In this document: one piece after another, positions 30,347-37,884 of the stretch
Layout of the letters: every line of letters starts with the position of its first letter
Position numbering within the stretch: the first letter of the stretch is position 1
Source: Gammaproteobacteria bacterium
GTDB taxonomy: Bacteria > Pseudomonadota > Gammaproteobacteria > Magnimaribacterales > D2472
NCBI GenBank assembly: GCA_008080945.1
Contig: VMDH01000017.1
Coordinates: 271-64,270 of the forward strand
Length of the DNA stretch: 64,000 nt
Direction of reading: 5' to 3'
Notes under the pieces: model-generated
Seen by the model: only the letters and a program-made list of their open reading frames with translations
Databases searched by the model: none
What the model was told of the DNA's origin: nothing
Program-made: the position numbers and the translations under genes

Positions 30347-31192
30347 ATGAGTCATTTACCAGATAGATTTCCAAGAGGTTGGTTTGTATTAGGTCACCAA
30401 CGTGAATTCTTGCCAAATGCAACTAAAGCTATATATGCATTTAATAGAAAAATTAGCGTCACCAGAGATAGTAACGGAGAGATAACGGTTGAGACCGGAG
30501 ATAGCCATCCTTGGCCAGTATTAGAGATCAATCAAATGGTATTAATTTGGCATGATATTGAAAAACAAGAGCCAGACTTCTATCCAAATAAAATCGAGGC
30601 TTGTTACTCTGAGGAATGGTCGGATTATTCTATGGCTAGCTTTTTGGTAAAAAATAATTGTAGAGAGCTGATAGATAATATGGCAGATAAGGGTCATTTT
30701 GGTCCAGTTCATCAGGCGCCATTCGAAGGATTTTGGAATGAAGCAAAAGACCATACCTATACTCAAGAAATGACAGCTAATAGTCCAATACTTGGAGGAG
30801 ATTTATTTTCTCAAGCAACCTATGAAGGTCCGGCTTATATGACAACCTATATGAGTGCTGTGCAGGATGGAAACACTGTTGAGAGTAGGCTTTTAGTTTC
30901 CCACTTACCTTTAACCATGACTTCTTTTCAAATCAATTTTGGTGTGATGGTAAAAAAAGTTCCAGGTATGAGCAAAGAGGAAGAGGATGCCTTTGTTCAG
31001 GGTTATGTTGATGCAAATAATTATGCCTTTGGTCAGGACGTTGCAATCTGGGAAAACAAGATCTATATACCTGATCCTGTAGTTTGCGATGGTGATGGCC
31101 CATTGCATAAGCTAAGAAAATGGTACGGTCAGTTTCTAGTGGATAGAGCCGATATTCCCAAAGGTCTTGATATGGAAAAAAGGGAATTTTAA
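30347..31192 (+). CDS. KshA-like oxygenase catalytic (mononuclear non-heme Fe) subunit with vestigial, ligand-less Rieske region
   Basis: NCRELIDNMADKGHFGPVH (D-x2-H-x4-H) and FGQDVAIWE (Fe-ligand Asp context). The N-terminus FPRGWFVLG...LIWHD..QEPDF is Rieske-like but has no Cys/His ligands. SD GAGGAG. Confidence 0.75.
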   Translation: MSHLPDRFPRGWFVLGHQREFLPNATKAIYAFNRKISVTRDSNGEITVETGDSHPWPVLEINQMVLIWHDIEKQEPDFYPNKIEACYSEEWSDYSMASFLVKNNCRELIDNMADKGHFGPVHQAPFEGFWNEAKDHTYTQEMTANSPILGGDLFSQATYEGPAYMTTYMSAVQDGNTVESRLLVSHLPLTMTSFQINFGVMVKKVPGMSKEEEDAFVQGYVDANNYAFGQDVAIWENKIYIPDPVVCDGDGPLHKLRKWYGQFLVDRADIPKGLDMEKREF

Positions 31193-31201
31193 AGATTTCT
31201 T

Positions 31202-31666
31202 TTGAAAAATAATCTCGATAATCTCGACATTCAGATTCTAGATCTATTAGAGGAAGATGGTAGAGCATCTGCTAAGTCTATTGCACTCAAACTAGGTATT
31301 ACTGAAGTTACGGCGAGCAAAAGAATATCAAAAATTATAAAGGGCGATCATTGTAAAGTGGTTGCCATTGCAGATTTTGAAAAATGCGGATTTGAATTTT
31401 TACTACCCATGGGTATCAGAGTTCATGGCAAACAACTTGAACAAGTTGCAGAGAAAATCTCATCCTTAGATGCAGTTTATAGTGTAAGCGCAGTTAGCGG
31501 TATTCAAGATTTAGAAATTTTATGTGCTACTAAAACCCTTGATGAAACTGTTGAGCTGCTTGATGTTACTTTGCCAGCTATTAAAGGCATTAAGAGTATA
31601 ACTCCTGCGATTTCATCAAAGGTATATAAATTTCAAACCGATTGGGCCCCGCTTGGAAATGATTGA
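31202..31666 (+). CDS. Lrp/AsnC family transcriptional regulator
   Basis: LD..D..IL.LL..DGR.S...IA..LG.TE..V..R wHTH pattern plus C-terminal RAM-like domain. TTG start. Confidence 0.75.
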   Translation: MKNNLDNLDIQILDLLEEDGRASAKSIALKLGITEVTASKRISKIIKGDHCKVVAIADFEKCGFEFLLPMGIRVHGKQLEQVAEKISSLDAVYSVSAVSGIQDLEILCATKTLDETVELLDVTLPAIKGIKSITPAISSKVYKFQTDWAPLGND

Positions 31667-32120
31667 TCATATTGATTCAAAGATCATTGCTTTGCTTGGT
31701 AAAGATGCAAGAATGCCGAACAATAAGATTGCAAAAGCAATCAATGTATCTGAAGGAACTGTCAGAAATCGCATTGCGAAGTTGCTCAAAAAAAACATCA
31801 TCAACATTTCTTTGATCAGGAATGTCAATCAGATGGATAATCCAGGTATTGCTTTCGTAGGCCTGGATGTTGAGGCTTCTTTGAAAGATAAAATTGCAAT
31901 GCAATTAAGCAAGATGCCAGAAGTGAGGTTTGTGTCCTCCTTAATGGGTAGGCATGATTTAATGGCTTTTGTTTTAGCAGATAATGCTACCGAACTTTCT
32001 CATATCCTCTATCAGAAAATTGCATCGCTTGAAGGCGTGCAGTTTACTGAATCCAGCATCGGATTAAAGTATTTCAAATACGACTACAAATGGGGAAGGT
32101 TATTAAGTGAAGCAAAATAA
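31659..32120 (+). CDS. Lrp/AsnC family transcriptional regulator (second, paired)
   Basis: IDSKIIALLGKDARMPNNKIAKAINVSEGTVRNRIAKL wHTH. ATG at 31659 gives an 8-nt overlap with the first regulator gene. Confidence 0.8.
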   Translation: MIDHIDSKIIALLGKDARMPNNKIAKAINVSEGTVRNRIAKLLKKNIINISLIRNVNQMDNPGIAFVGLDVEASLKDKIAMQLSKMPEVRFVSSLMGRHDLMAFVLADNATELSHILYQKIASLEGVQFTESSIGLKYFKYDYKWGRLLSEAK

Positions 32121-33624
32121 CTTTAGCACTATCCCAGAGGTTGTCGCGTATCGAGCAGAAAATCATCCGGACAGCATTGCATTCAAAAAAGACAATCAAG
32201 AGATTAGTTATTTTGATCTCGATCTGTATTCTTCCAACTTAGCACATACCTTATTGAGGAAAGGCCTATCCTACCAAGAGGCAGTAGCAATTTGGGCTCC
32301 AAACTCCATTGAATGGATTGTTGCGGCTATTGCAACTCATAAAGCAGGAGGAAAGATAGTTCCTATTAATACTCGAATGAAAGGTCCAGAGGCTGAATAC
32401 ATCCTGAATGCTTCTCATGCTAAATTTCTTTTTACCGTAAATAATTTTCTTGGCCAAGATTTCGGAGAGATTGCCAGGCAACAACATGTGCCTGATATTA
32501 AAGAAATCATTAATCTAGATAAAGACAATATCTTGCTTACAGATAGATTAGATCAAGCATCTGAGCTACCCACAATAAACCCCAAAGATATAGCAGACAT
32601 AATTTTCACCTCAGGAACCACTGGTAAACCAAAAGGTGTGATGGTTTCCCATGCCCAAAATATTAGAGTTTTTGATTATTGGTCTACTTACATCGGATTA
32701 ACCCAACAAGATAGATACCTTATAGTGAACCCCTTTTTTCATACCTTTGGTTATAAGGCTGGCTGGCTTGCTTGTTTGTTAAGAGGCTGCATTGGATTCC
32801 CATTAGATGTTTTTGATCCCAAAGTAGTTTTATCAAAAATTAATGATGAATCGATAACAATGTTACCGGGCCCACCTACTTTATATCAATCTATCATGCA
32901 ATCTGATGCTTTGTCAGAAAGCAACATCTCATCTTTAAGGCTTGGAGTTACTGGAGCAGCAGCAATACCGGTTCAATTAATTCATGATATGCGGAATATT
33001 CTAGGTTTTGAAACAATCATCACTGCATACGGCCTTACTGAATCTACCGGAGTAGTTACTATGTGTACTCCAAGTGATGCAGCAGAGATTATTGCTAATA
33101 CCTCAGGCAAAGCAATTGAAGGAGTGGAGGTCAAATGCGTTGCAATAGATGGAAATGAAGCAGCTTCTTATGAACAAGGAGAAATATTAGTTAGAGGATT
33201 TAATGTAATGGAGGGTTATTTTGAGGATCCAAAAGCAACCCAAGATGCCATCAATGAAGACGGTTGGCTTCATACTGGAGATATTGGATTTTTAGATGAA
33301 CATGGCTATTTAAAGATCACAGATAGGGTTAAAGACATGTTTATTGTTGGTGGTTTTAATGCTTATCCTGCTGAAATAGAAAATATCATGGCATCACATC
33401 ACGCTGTTTCTCAAGTTGCCGTGATTGGTGTGCCTGATGAAAGGATGGGCGAGGTCGCAAAAGCATTTGTAATTCTTAAATCTAAAGCCTCAATTAGTGA
33501 AGAAGAATTAATTGTTTGGTGCAAGGAGAACATGGCAAATTATAAAGTTCCTAGAAGTATTGAATTTGTAGAATCTCTACCAACCAATGCAGCAGGCAAA
33601 ATTATGAAATTTGAACTTAGATAA
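32107..33624 (+). CDS. acyl-CoA synthetase (AMP-forming), FadD3/ScdA-like
   Basis: AMP-binding motif FTSGTTGKPKGV, YGLTE, TGDIG, and the C-terminal PRSIEFV..LP.NAAGKI.K segment. Confidence 0.85.
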   Translation: MKQNNFSTIPEVVAYRAENHPDSIAFKKDNQEISYFDLDLYSSNLAHTLLRKGLSYQEAVAIWAPNSIEWIVAAIATHKAGGKIVPINTRMKGPEAEYILNASHAKFLFTVNNFLGQDFGEIARQQHVPDIKEIINLDKDNILLTDRLDQASELPTINPKDIADIIFTSGTTGKPKGVMVSHAQNIRVFDYWSTYIGLTQQDRYLIVNPFFHTFGYKAGWLACLLRGCIGFPLDVFDPKVVLSKINDESITMLPGPPTLYQSIMQSDALSESNISSLRLGVTGAAAIPVQLIHDMRNILGFETIITAYGLTESTGVVTMCTPSDAAEIIANTSGKAIEGVEVKCVAIDGNEAASYEQGEILVRGFNVMEGYFEDPKATQDAINEDGWLHTGDIGFLDEHGYLKITDRVKDMFIVGGFNAYPAEIENIMASHHAVSQVAVIGVPDERMGEVAKAFVILKSKASISEEELIVWCKENMANYKVPRSIEFVESLPTNAAGKIMKFELR

Positions 33625-34604
33625 TGAAAGTTATTATTTCCTCCATCACCCAACATTTATTTGAAAAACAATTTGAAGAATTTGAATCACAACATCAAAT
33701 TAATTTAGAAAAAATTATTCTTGATCCTCAAAATCCAAAAAATCCAGATTGGAGCGAGGTACCAGAGAGCGATGCATTTTTTTTAACCTATGAATTCATG
33801 TTTGCTGTTCGCGATGATAAATCACTAATTCCTGACTTGCTTTCAGTTTGCAAAAAAACAAAATTTGTACAAACAGGTTTGGCTGGGATGGATTCAGATT
33901 TTGCTCAGCAACTCCTCAAGATACCAAATCTTAGGGTAGCAAATGCTCGAGGTGTTCATGCCATTCCAATAGCAAACTATGTATTTGCTCAAGCCCTTAG
34001 GTGGACAAAGCGCATTGATGAGCATATTGATATGCAATCAAAAAAAAATTGGGCAGAGCTTGGAGGAGATGGAGAATTAACTGGTAAAACAATGATAATT
34101 TGGGGGTGTGGTGGAATTGGCCAAGAAATTGCAAGAATAGCAAAAGCTTTTGGAATGAATGTTGTGGGTGTTAGAAGATCAGTATTTACAAATCCAAACG
34201 TTGACCACGCTATCAGCCATGAGGATGTTTTTGATTGGTTACCATTTGCTGACTTTGTAGTGCTAGCATTGCCAGATTCTTCTGAAACAAGAGATATTGT
34301 TGATGCTCGTGTGCTTGATCAGTGCTCTCCACAATCTATGTTAATCAATGTGGGGAGGGGGACTGCTATTGATGAAGATGCTTTAGCACATGCATTGAAT
34401 TCAAAGCAGATTGCTTGTGCTGCCCTAGATACAACTAAAATAGAGCCACTGCCCGAAGATTCACCTTTATGGACAGCTCATAACTGTTTTATAAGCGCCC
34501 ATGATTCAGCACATTCATTGCAGGCAGTTCCAAGAACTTTTGCATTATTTTTACACAATCTTTCTAATTTGCTACATAAAAAAACTCTAGAAAATATTTG
34601 CTAA
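33624..34604 (+). CDS. D-isomer-specific 2-hydroxyacid dehydrogenase family, NAD-binding
   Basis: GCGGIGQEIARIAKAFGMNVVGVRR dinucleotide fold, INVGRG, ...HDSAHS. Confidence 0.7.
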   Translation: MKVIISSITQHLFEKQFEEFESQHQINLEKIILDPQNPKNPDWSEVPESDAFFLTYEFMFAVRDDKSLIPDLLSVCKKTKFVQTGLAGMDSDFAQQLLKIPNLRVANARGVHAIPIANYVFAQALRWTKRIDEHIDMQSKKNWAELGGDGELTGKTMIIWGCGGIGQEIARIAKAFGMNVVGVRRSVFTNPNVDHAISHEDVFDWLPFADFVVLALPDSSETRDIVDARVLDQCSPQSMLINVGRGTAIDEDALAHALNSKQIACAALDTTKIEPLPEDSPLWTAHNCFISAHDSAHSLQAVPRTFALFLHNLSNLLHKKTLENIC

Positions 34605-34661
34605 TAAATCAGTAAATTATTATTCCTTATGTATACTTATTAGACATTCATAGGGGGAATA

Positions 34662-35447
34662 ATGAAATTTAAATTACAACTGGCAAGCATCTTTTTTGCC
34701 TTATCCTTCTGCACCACAGCTATTGAAGCACAAGAATATACTTGGCGTTCAGAATTCTTTTGGTGCAAGCTTAATCCAGGTAAAACAGTACAAGATGTAG
34801 TTGCTGAAAATAAAAAGTATGGCGAGTTTTCTAAATCACAAGGAACTCAGTATATGCAAGCTGTAATGGTTCCAATGCATGCTGGAGATCAATCTGATTA
34901 TGATTATATTATTTGGGGTAGCTGGCCTGATGGAGAATCCATGTATAAAGAATGGGGCTCTTATGCAAATGATTATGAGGATTGGACTGGCAACCAAGAT
35001 GAGGATTCTTCAGCATCTAGTGCTGGCAAATGTTTTCATCAAGTTGCCATGTTTAATCATGCTGTAGCCCATAACAGAATTCCATGGGAAGAAAGAGATC
35101 AAAGAACTCCTATTCAATTTTCAAATTGTAAATTTACAAAACAAGGCAATCTTGAAAAGCTAGTCAAACAATATGCAAGAGAGCAAAAAGCACTTGATGC
35201 ATTTGGTTTTAAAGGCTGGGGAAGTCATGTTTTTGTTCCTTATCTTGGTTTTACAGATGAGTTTGATGCTGACTATGTAGCAATGAACCACTGGTATAGT
35301 TTTGATGCAAGAGCAGATATGGCACAAAATTATCAAAGTTTTGTAGAAGCAAATCCTGATTTTGAAAAAGAACAAGCAAAAATTTCCTCATGCAGTGGCG
35401 GAAATAGTTTTATTCTGGAATCTATCTTTAATAACTTTACTCAATAG
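34662..35447 (+). CDS. secreted protein of unknown function, internal tandem duplication (about 2 x 100 aa, alpha+beta-barrel-like)
   Basis: Signal peptide MKFKLQLASIFFALSFCTTAIEA|QE. The two halves align (C-K-L/F..G..VP...DY..W). Strong SD GGGGGA. Confidence 0.6.
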   Translation: MKFKLQLASIFFALSFCTTAIEAQEYTWRSEFFWCKLNPGKTVQDVVAENKKYGEFSKSQGTQYMQAVMVPMHAGDQSDYDYIIWGSWPDGESMYKEWGSYANDYEDWTGNQDEDSSASSAGKCFHQVAMFNHAVAHNRIPWEERDQRTPIQFSNCKFTKQGNLEKLVKQYAREQKALDAFGFKGWGSHVFVPYLGFTDEFDADYVAMNHWYSFDARADMAQNYQSFVEANPDFEKEQAKISSCSGGNSFILESIFNNFTQ

Positions 35448-35457
35448 GGGAGAAGGT

Positions 35458-36054
35458 ATGAAATTTACTTTAATGATATTTATTATTGCTGCATTTAGCT
35501 TAAGTGCTGGACACCACGAAGGTGGGAATACCAAAGATTGGGAAATTAAGACCTATAGCTCAGCTGCACCTGCATTTATAGGTGATCACGCTACAATTAT
35601 AGGAGCCTCTGGTAAAGTTCTCAGAGAAGGAACCAATGGATGGAGATGTGAGCCATTTATGCCCATGCCGGAGGGAGGATTTAAACATCCTCATGAATCT
35701 GCAGCAGCTTGCTCTGATAAGAATGCAGTTGCCTGGGCTAATGCCTATAAATCACAAAGCCAACCAGAACTTGAGGCAGATGGCTGGATTTGGATGCTCC
35801 ACGGAGACTTAGGTGTGGACAACTTTATACCTTACACAGACGGTCAAAAAGATGCTGGGCATAAACATTTCATTGAATCAGGAGCTCATCTTATGCTTAT
35901 GCCTAAAGATCCTGCTTCTTTAAAAGGCCAATCCACGGATTACACCACAGGAGGCCCATATGTAATGTTTGAAGGTACACCATATGTTCATCTCATGATT
36001 CCTGTAGCCGGCTATTATGATTATCAACCTGAATCAAAACCTCATGCGCACTAA
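35458..36054 (+). CDS. secreted His-rich protein of unknown function
   Basis: Signal peptide MKFTLMIFIIAAFSLSA|GHHEGG, two Cys, C-terminal KPHAH. SD GGGGAGAAGG. ATG at 35458 is preferred to the track start at 35362. Confidence 0.6.
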   Translation: MKFTLMIFIIAAFSLSAGHHEGGNTKDWEIKTYSSAAPAFIGDHATIIGASGKVLREGTNGWRCEPFMPMPEGGFKHPHESAAACSDKNAVAWANAYKSQSQPELEADGWIWMLHGDLGVDNFIPYTDGQKDAGHKHFIESGAHLMLMPKDPASLKGQSTDYTTGGPYVMFEGTPYVHLMIPVAGYYDYQPESKPHAH

Positions 36055-36063
36055 GGAGAAATT

Positions 36064-36564
36064 ATGAAGTTTTTAAATCTAACTTTTTTACTATTGTTTT
36101 TCTCATCAGCTGTATTTGCTGATGAAAAAGCAGTTATGGAAAACACTAAAACAGTAATAGCTAATATTGAAACTTATTGGGATGCAAGGAATTCAAAGGA
36201 TTGGGATACAGTCATAGCTTTAAGTAGCTCTCATGGCATGCTTAATTCTAATTCTGATGGTAGCTTTCATAAGCCGCTAGCAATTCAAACCGCTGCAGAT
36301 TGGGAAAAGCAAACTCCTGGCGCTGCTGGAACCATTACAGTTCATGCAGCAGAGGCTCATCAAATTAATGATGGGGCAGTTTTTGCTAGATATTATGCTG
36401 AGGGTGTAGTGCCTGATGGGAGCGGGGGATTCAAACCCTATAGAACTAGAGTAACGAGTTTATGGGTTTTAGAAGGAAAAAATTGGGTTGCAAAAACCAT
36501 GCATTTTTCATCTGCAAATTATGGAGGAGTTCACCAAACCACTCAGGCTGATTTTGAAGATTAG
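36064..36564 (+). CDS. secreted NTF2-like (SnoaL/DUF4440-type) protein
   Basis: Signal peptide ..SSAVFA|DE. The Y/WDARNSKDWD...W(V)LEGKNWVAKTMHFS pattern is typical of NTF2-fold proteins. SD AAGGAGA. Confidence 0.55.
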   Translation: MKFLNLTFLLLFFSSAVFADEKAVMENTKTVIANIETYWDARNSKDWDTVIALSSSHGMLNSNSDGSFHKPLAIQTAADWEKQTPGAAGTITVHAAEAHQINDGAVFARYYAEGVVPDGSGGFKPYRTRVTSLWVLEGKNWVAKTMHFSSANYGGVHQTTQADFED

Positions 36565-36585
36565 ATCCTAATAAACATCATTAAG

Positions 36586-36613
36586 AACCAGCTCTATAGA
36601 GCTGGTTTTTTTA
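36586..36613 (+). terminator. rho-independent terminator after the secreted-protein trio
   Basis: Stem CCAGCTC (36588-36594), loop TATA, stem GAGCTGG (36599-36605), followed by T7 (36606-36612). Abuts the 3' end of the convergent tRNA-Arg. Confidence 0.8.
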
Positions 36614-36688
36614 TGGTGCCCTCTGCAGGAATCGAACCTGCAACTAATCCTTAGGAGGGATTTGTTATATCCATTTAACTAAGAGGGC
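36614..36688 (-). tRNA. tRNA-Arg (anticodon CCU), encoded CCA
   Basis: Hand-folded: acceptor GCCCTCT/AGAGGGC, anticodon stem AATCC/GGATT, loop CT-CCT-AA, T-arm GCAGG-TTCGATT-CCTGC; 75 nt. Confidence 0.9.
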
Positions 36689-36741
36689 TTTCACCTATAA
36701 TACTTAAATATGAAAAACTCTCTATTATCTTGCCTTTCTAG

Positions 36742-37884
36742 ATGAAGATCATAATTGTTGGGGCTGGTATTAGTGGGCTCTCCTGCGCAATTTTTCTTAA
36801 AGAGGCAGGGTACAAACCCACTCTTATTGAAAAGAATACTGAGTTAAGATCTTTTGGTGCTGGTCTTCAACTTGGACCAAATGCGGTCTCTATATTAAAT
36901 AAATATGGTTTCAGCGAGGAGCTTGCAAAGCTAGCATCCTTTCCAAAAAAGATCAGATTTAATAACTTAAAAGGCAATCAGAATCTTTTAGAAGTTTCTT
37001 TGGAAGACTATGAAAATATATTTGGAGCCAAATACTGTTATTTAATGAGATCAGATCTCATCAATATGCTCTATAAAAAATGTTTGGATTTAGACATTGA
37101 TATAAGATTTGACCATATTGTTGAATCGGTTGAAGCTAACTCCAAAGAATGCATACTTAATACAAGTTTGGGTTCCATTAAAGCAAATAAGATTATTGGA
37201 GCAGATGGAATCAATTCTAAAGTAAGAGATTCGCTTACAAAGAACGAGCCAATTTTTTCAAACAAGGTCGCGTGGCGAGGAACAGCTCTATTATCGGATT
37301 TAGATCCAAATTTTTTTGAAGATGTAGGCGTATGGGTTAGCAATAACATGCACGCGGTTTTTTACCCAATTCTAGAAAAGAATATTTTAAATTTTGTAGT
37401 GATCACCAAGGAAAATGATTTTAAAGGATATAGTTCCAGCTACTCTAATTCGTTTGAAGTAGATGAATTGCTTCAAAAATTTGAGATTAATCAGAAACTC
37501 AAAAAAGCGATTAGTAAATCTCAAAATCTATTCAGATGGAATATTTATACTATGCCATCCTTTCAGTGGGCTTCTGCAAATGTCGGATTGATAGGTGATG
37601 CTGCTCATCCTATTTTGCCATTTATGGCTCAAGGGTCTTCTTTGGGTATAGAGGATGCCTATCAAGTTGCTCTCAATTTTGCTCAGAAAGACACGAATTT
37701 GGAAAATCTTTATAGGAAAAGAAAATTAAAAGTTACAAGAGTTGCTTATTATTCAAAAACAAGTGGGCAAATTTACCATCTTCCTTCAAGCTTAAGAAAA
37801 CTTGCCTTCACATTTAATTCCTATTTTCCATATTTTCTTTCTAGAAGGCTTTCTTTTGCATATAAAAATATACTTAATGACTAA
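36742..37884 (+). CDS. FAD-dependent aromatic-ring monooxygenase (group A, salicylate/3-hydroxybenzoate hydroxylase-like)
   Basis: IIIVGAGISGLSCA (GxGxxG), GADGINSKVR, GDAAHPILPFMAQGSSLGIEDA. Confidence 0.8.
   Translation: MKIIIVGAGISGLSCAIFLKEAGYKPTLIEKNTELRSFGAGLQLGPNAVSILNKYGFSEELAKLASFPKKIRFNNLKGNQNLLEVSLEDYENIFGAKYCYLMRSDLINMLYKKCLDLDIDIRFDHIVESVEANSKECILNTSLGSIKANKIIGADGINSKVRDSLTKNEPIFSNKVAWRGTALLSDLDPNFFEDVGVWVSNNMHAVFYPILEKNILNFVVITKENDFKGYSSSYSNSFEVDELLQKFEINQKLKKAISKSQNLFRWNIYTMPSFQWASANVGLIGDAAHPILPFMAQGSSLGIEDAYQVALNFAQKDTNLENLYRKRKLKVTRVAYYSKTSGQIYHLPSSLRKLAFTFNSYFPYFLSRRLSFAYKNILND

Noticed and set aside
29902-31192. The simple explanation that the two oxygenase ORFs are one KshA gene broken by a frameshift or nonsense mutation.
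   Set aside because: ORF1 ends after a complete Rieske domain. ORF2 does not continue from that point: it restarts with its own Rieske-like N-terminus, SD and ATG. Fusing the two ORFs would give two tandem Rieske regions rather than a normal KshA. The alternate-frame ORFs at 30131-30337 do not bridge them.
34605-34661. GTATAC-centred near-palindrome and TATACT -10-like box ahead of the secreted-protein trio, as a dedicated promoter or operator.
   Set aside because: Only the 6-bp core is palindromic and the -35 region is poor. A promoter here is plausible but not supportable from sequence alone.
9723-36688. Possible genomic island bounded by tRNA-Ser(GCU) and tRNA-Arg(CCU) and carrying the catabolic cluster.
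   Set aside because: There is no integrase, recombinase or transposase. I noticed no duplicated tRNA 3' fragment or direct repeat at either edge. Base composition and gene packing look the same inside and outside, and the housekeeping gene hflX lies inside. Acquisition cannot be excluded, but the sequence gives no positive evidence.
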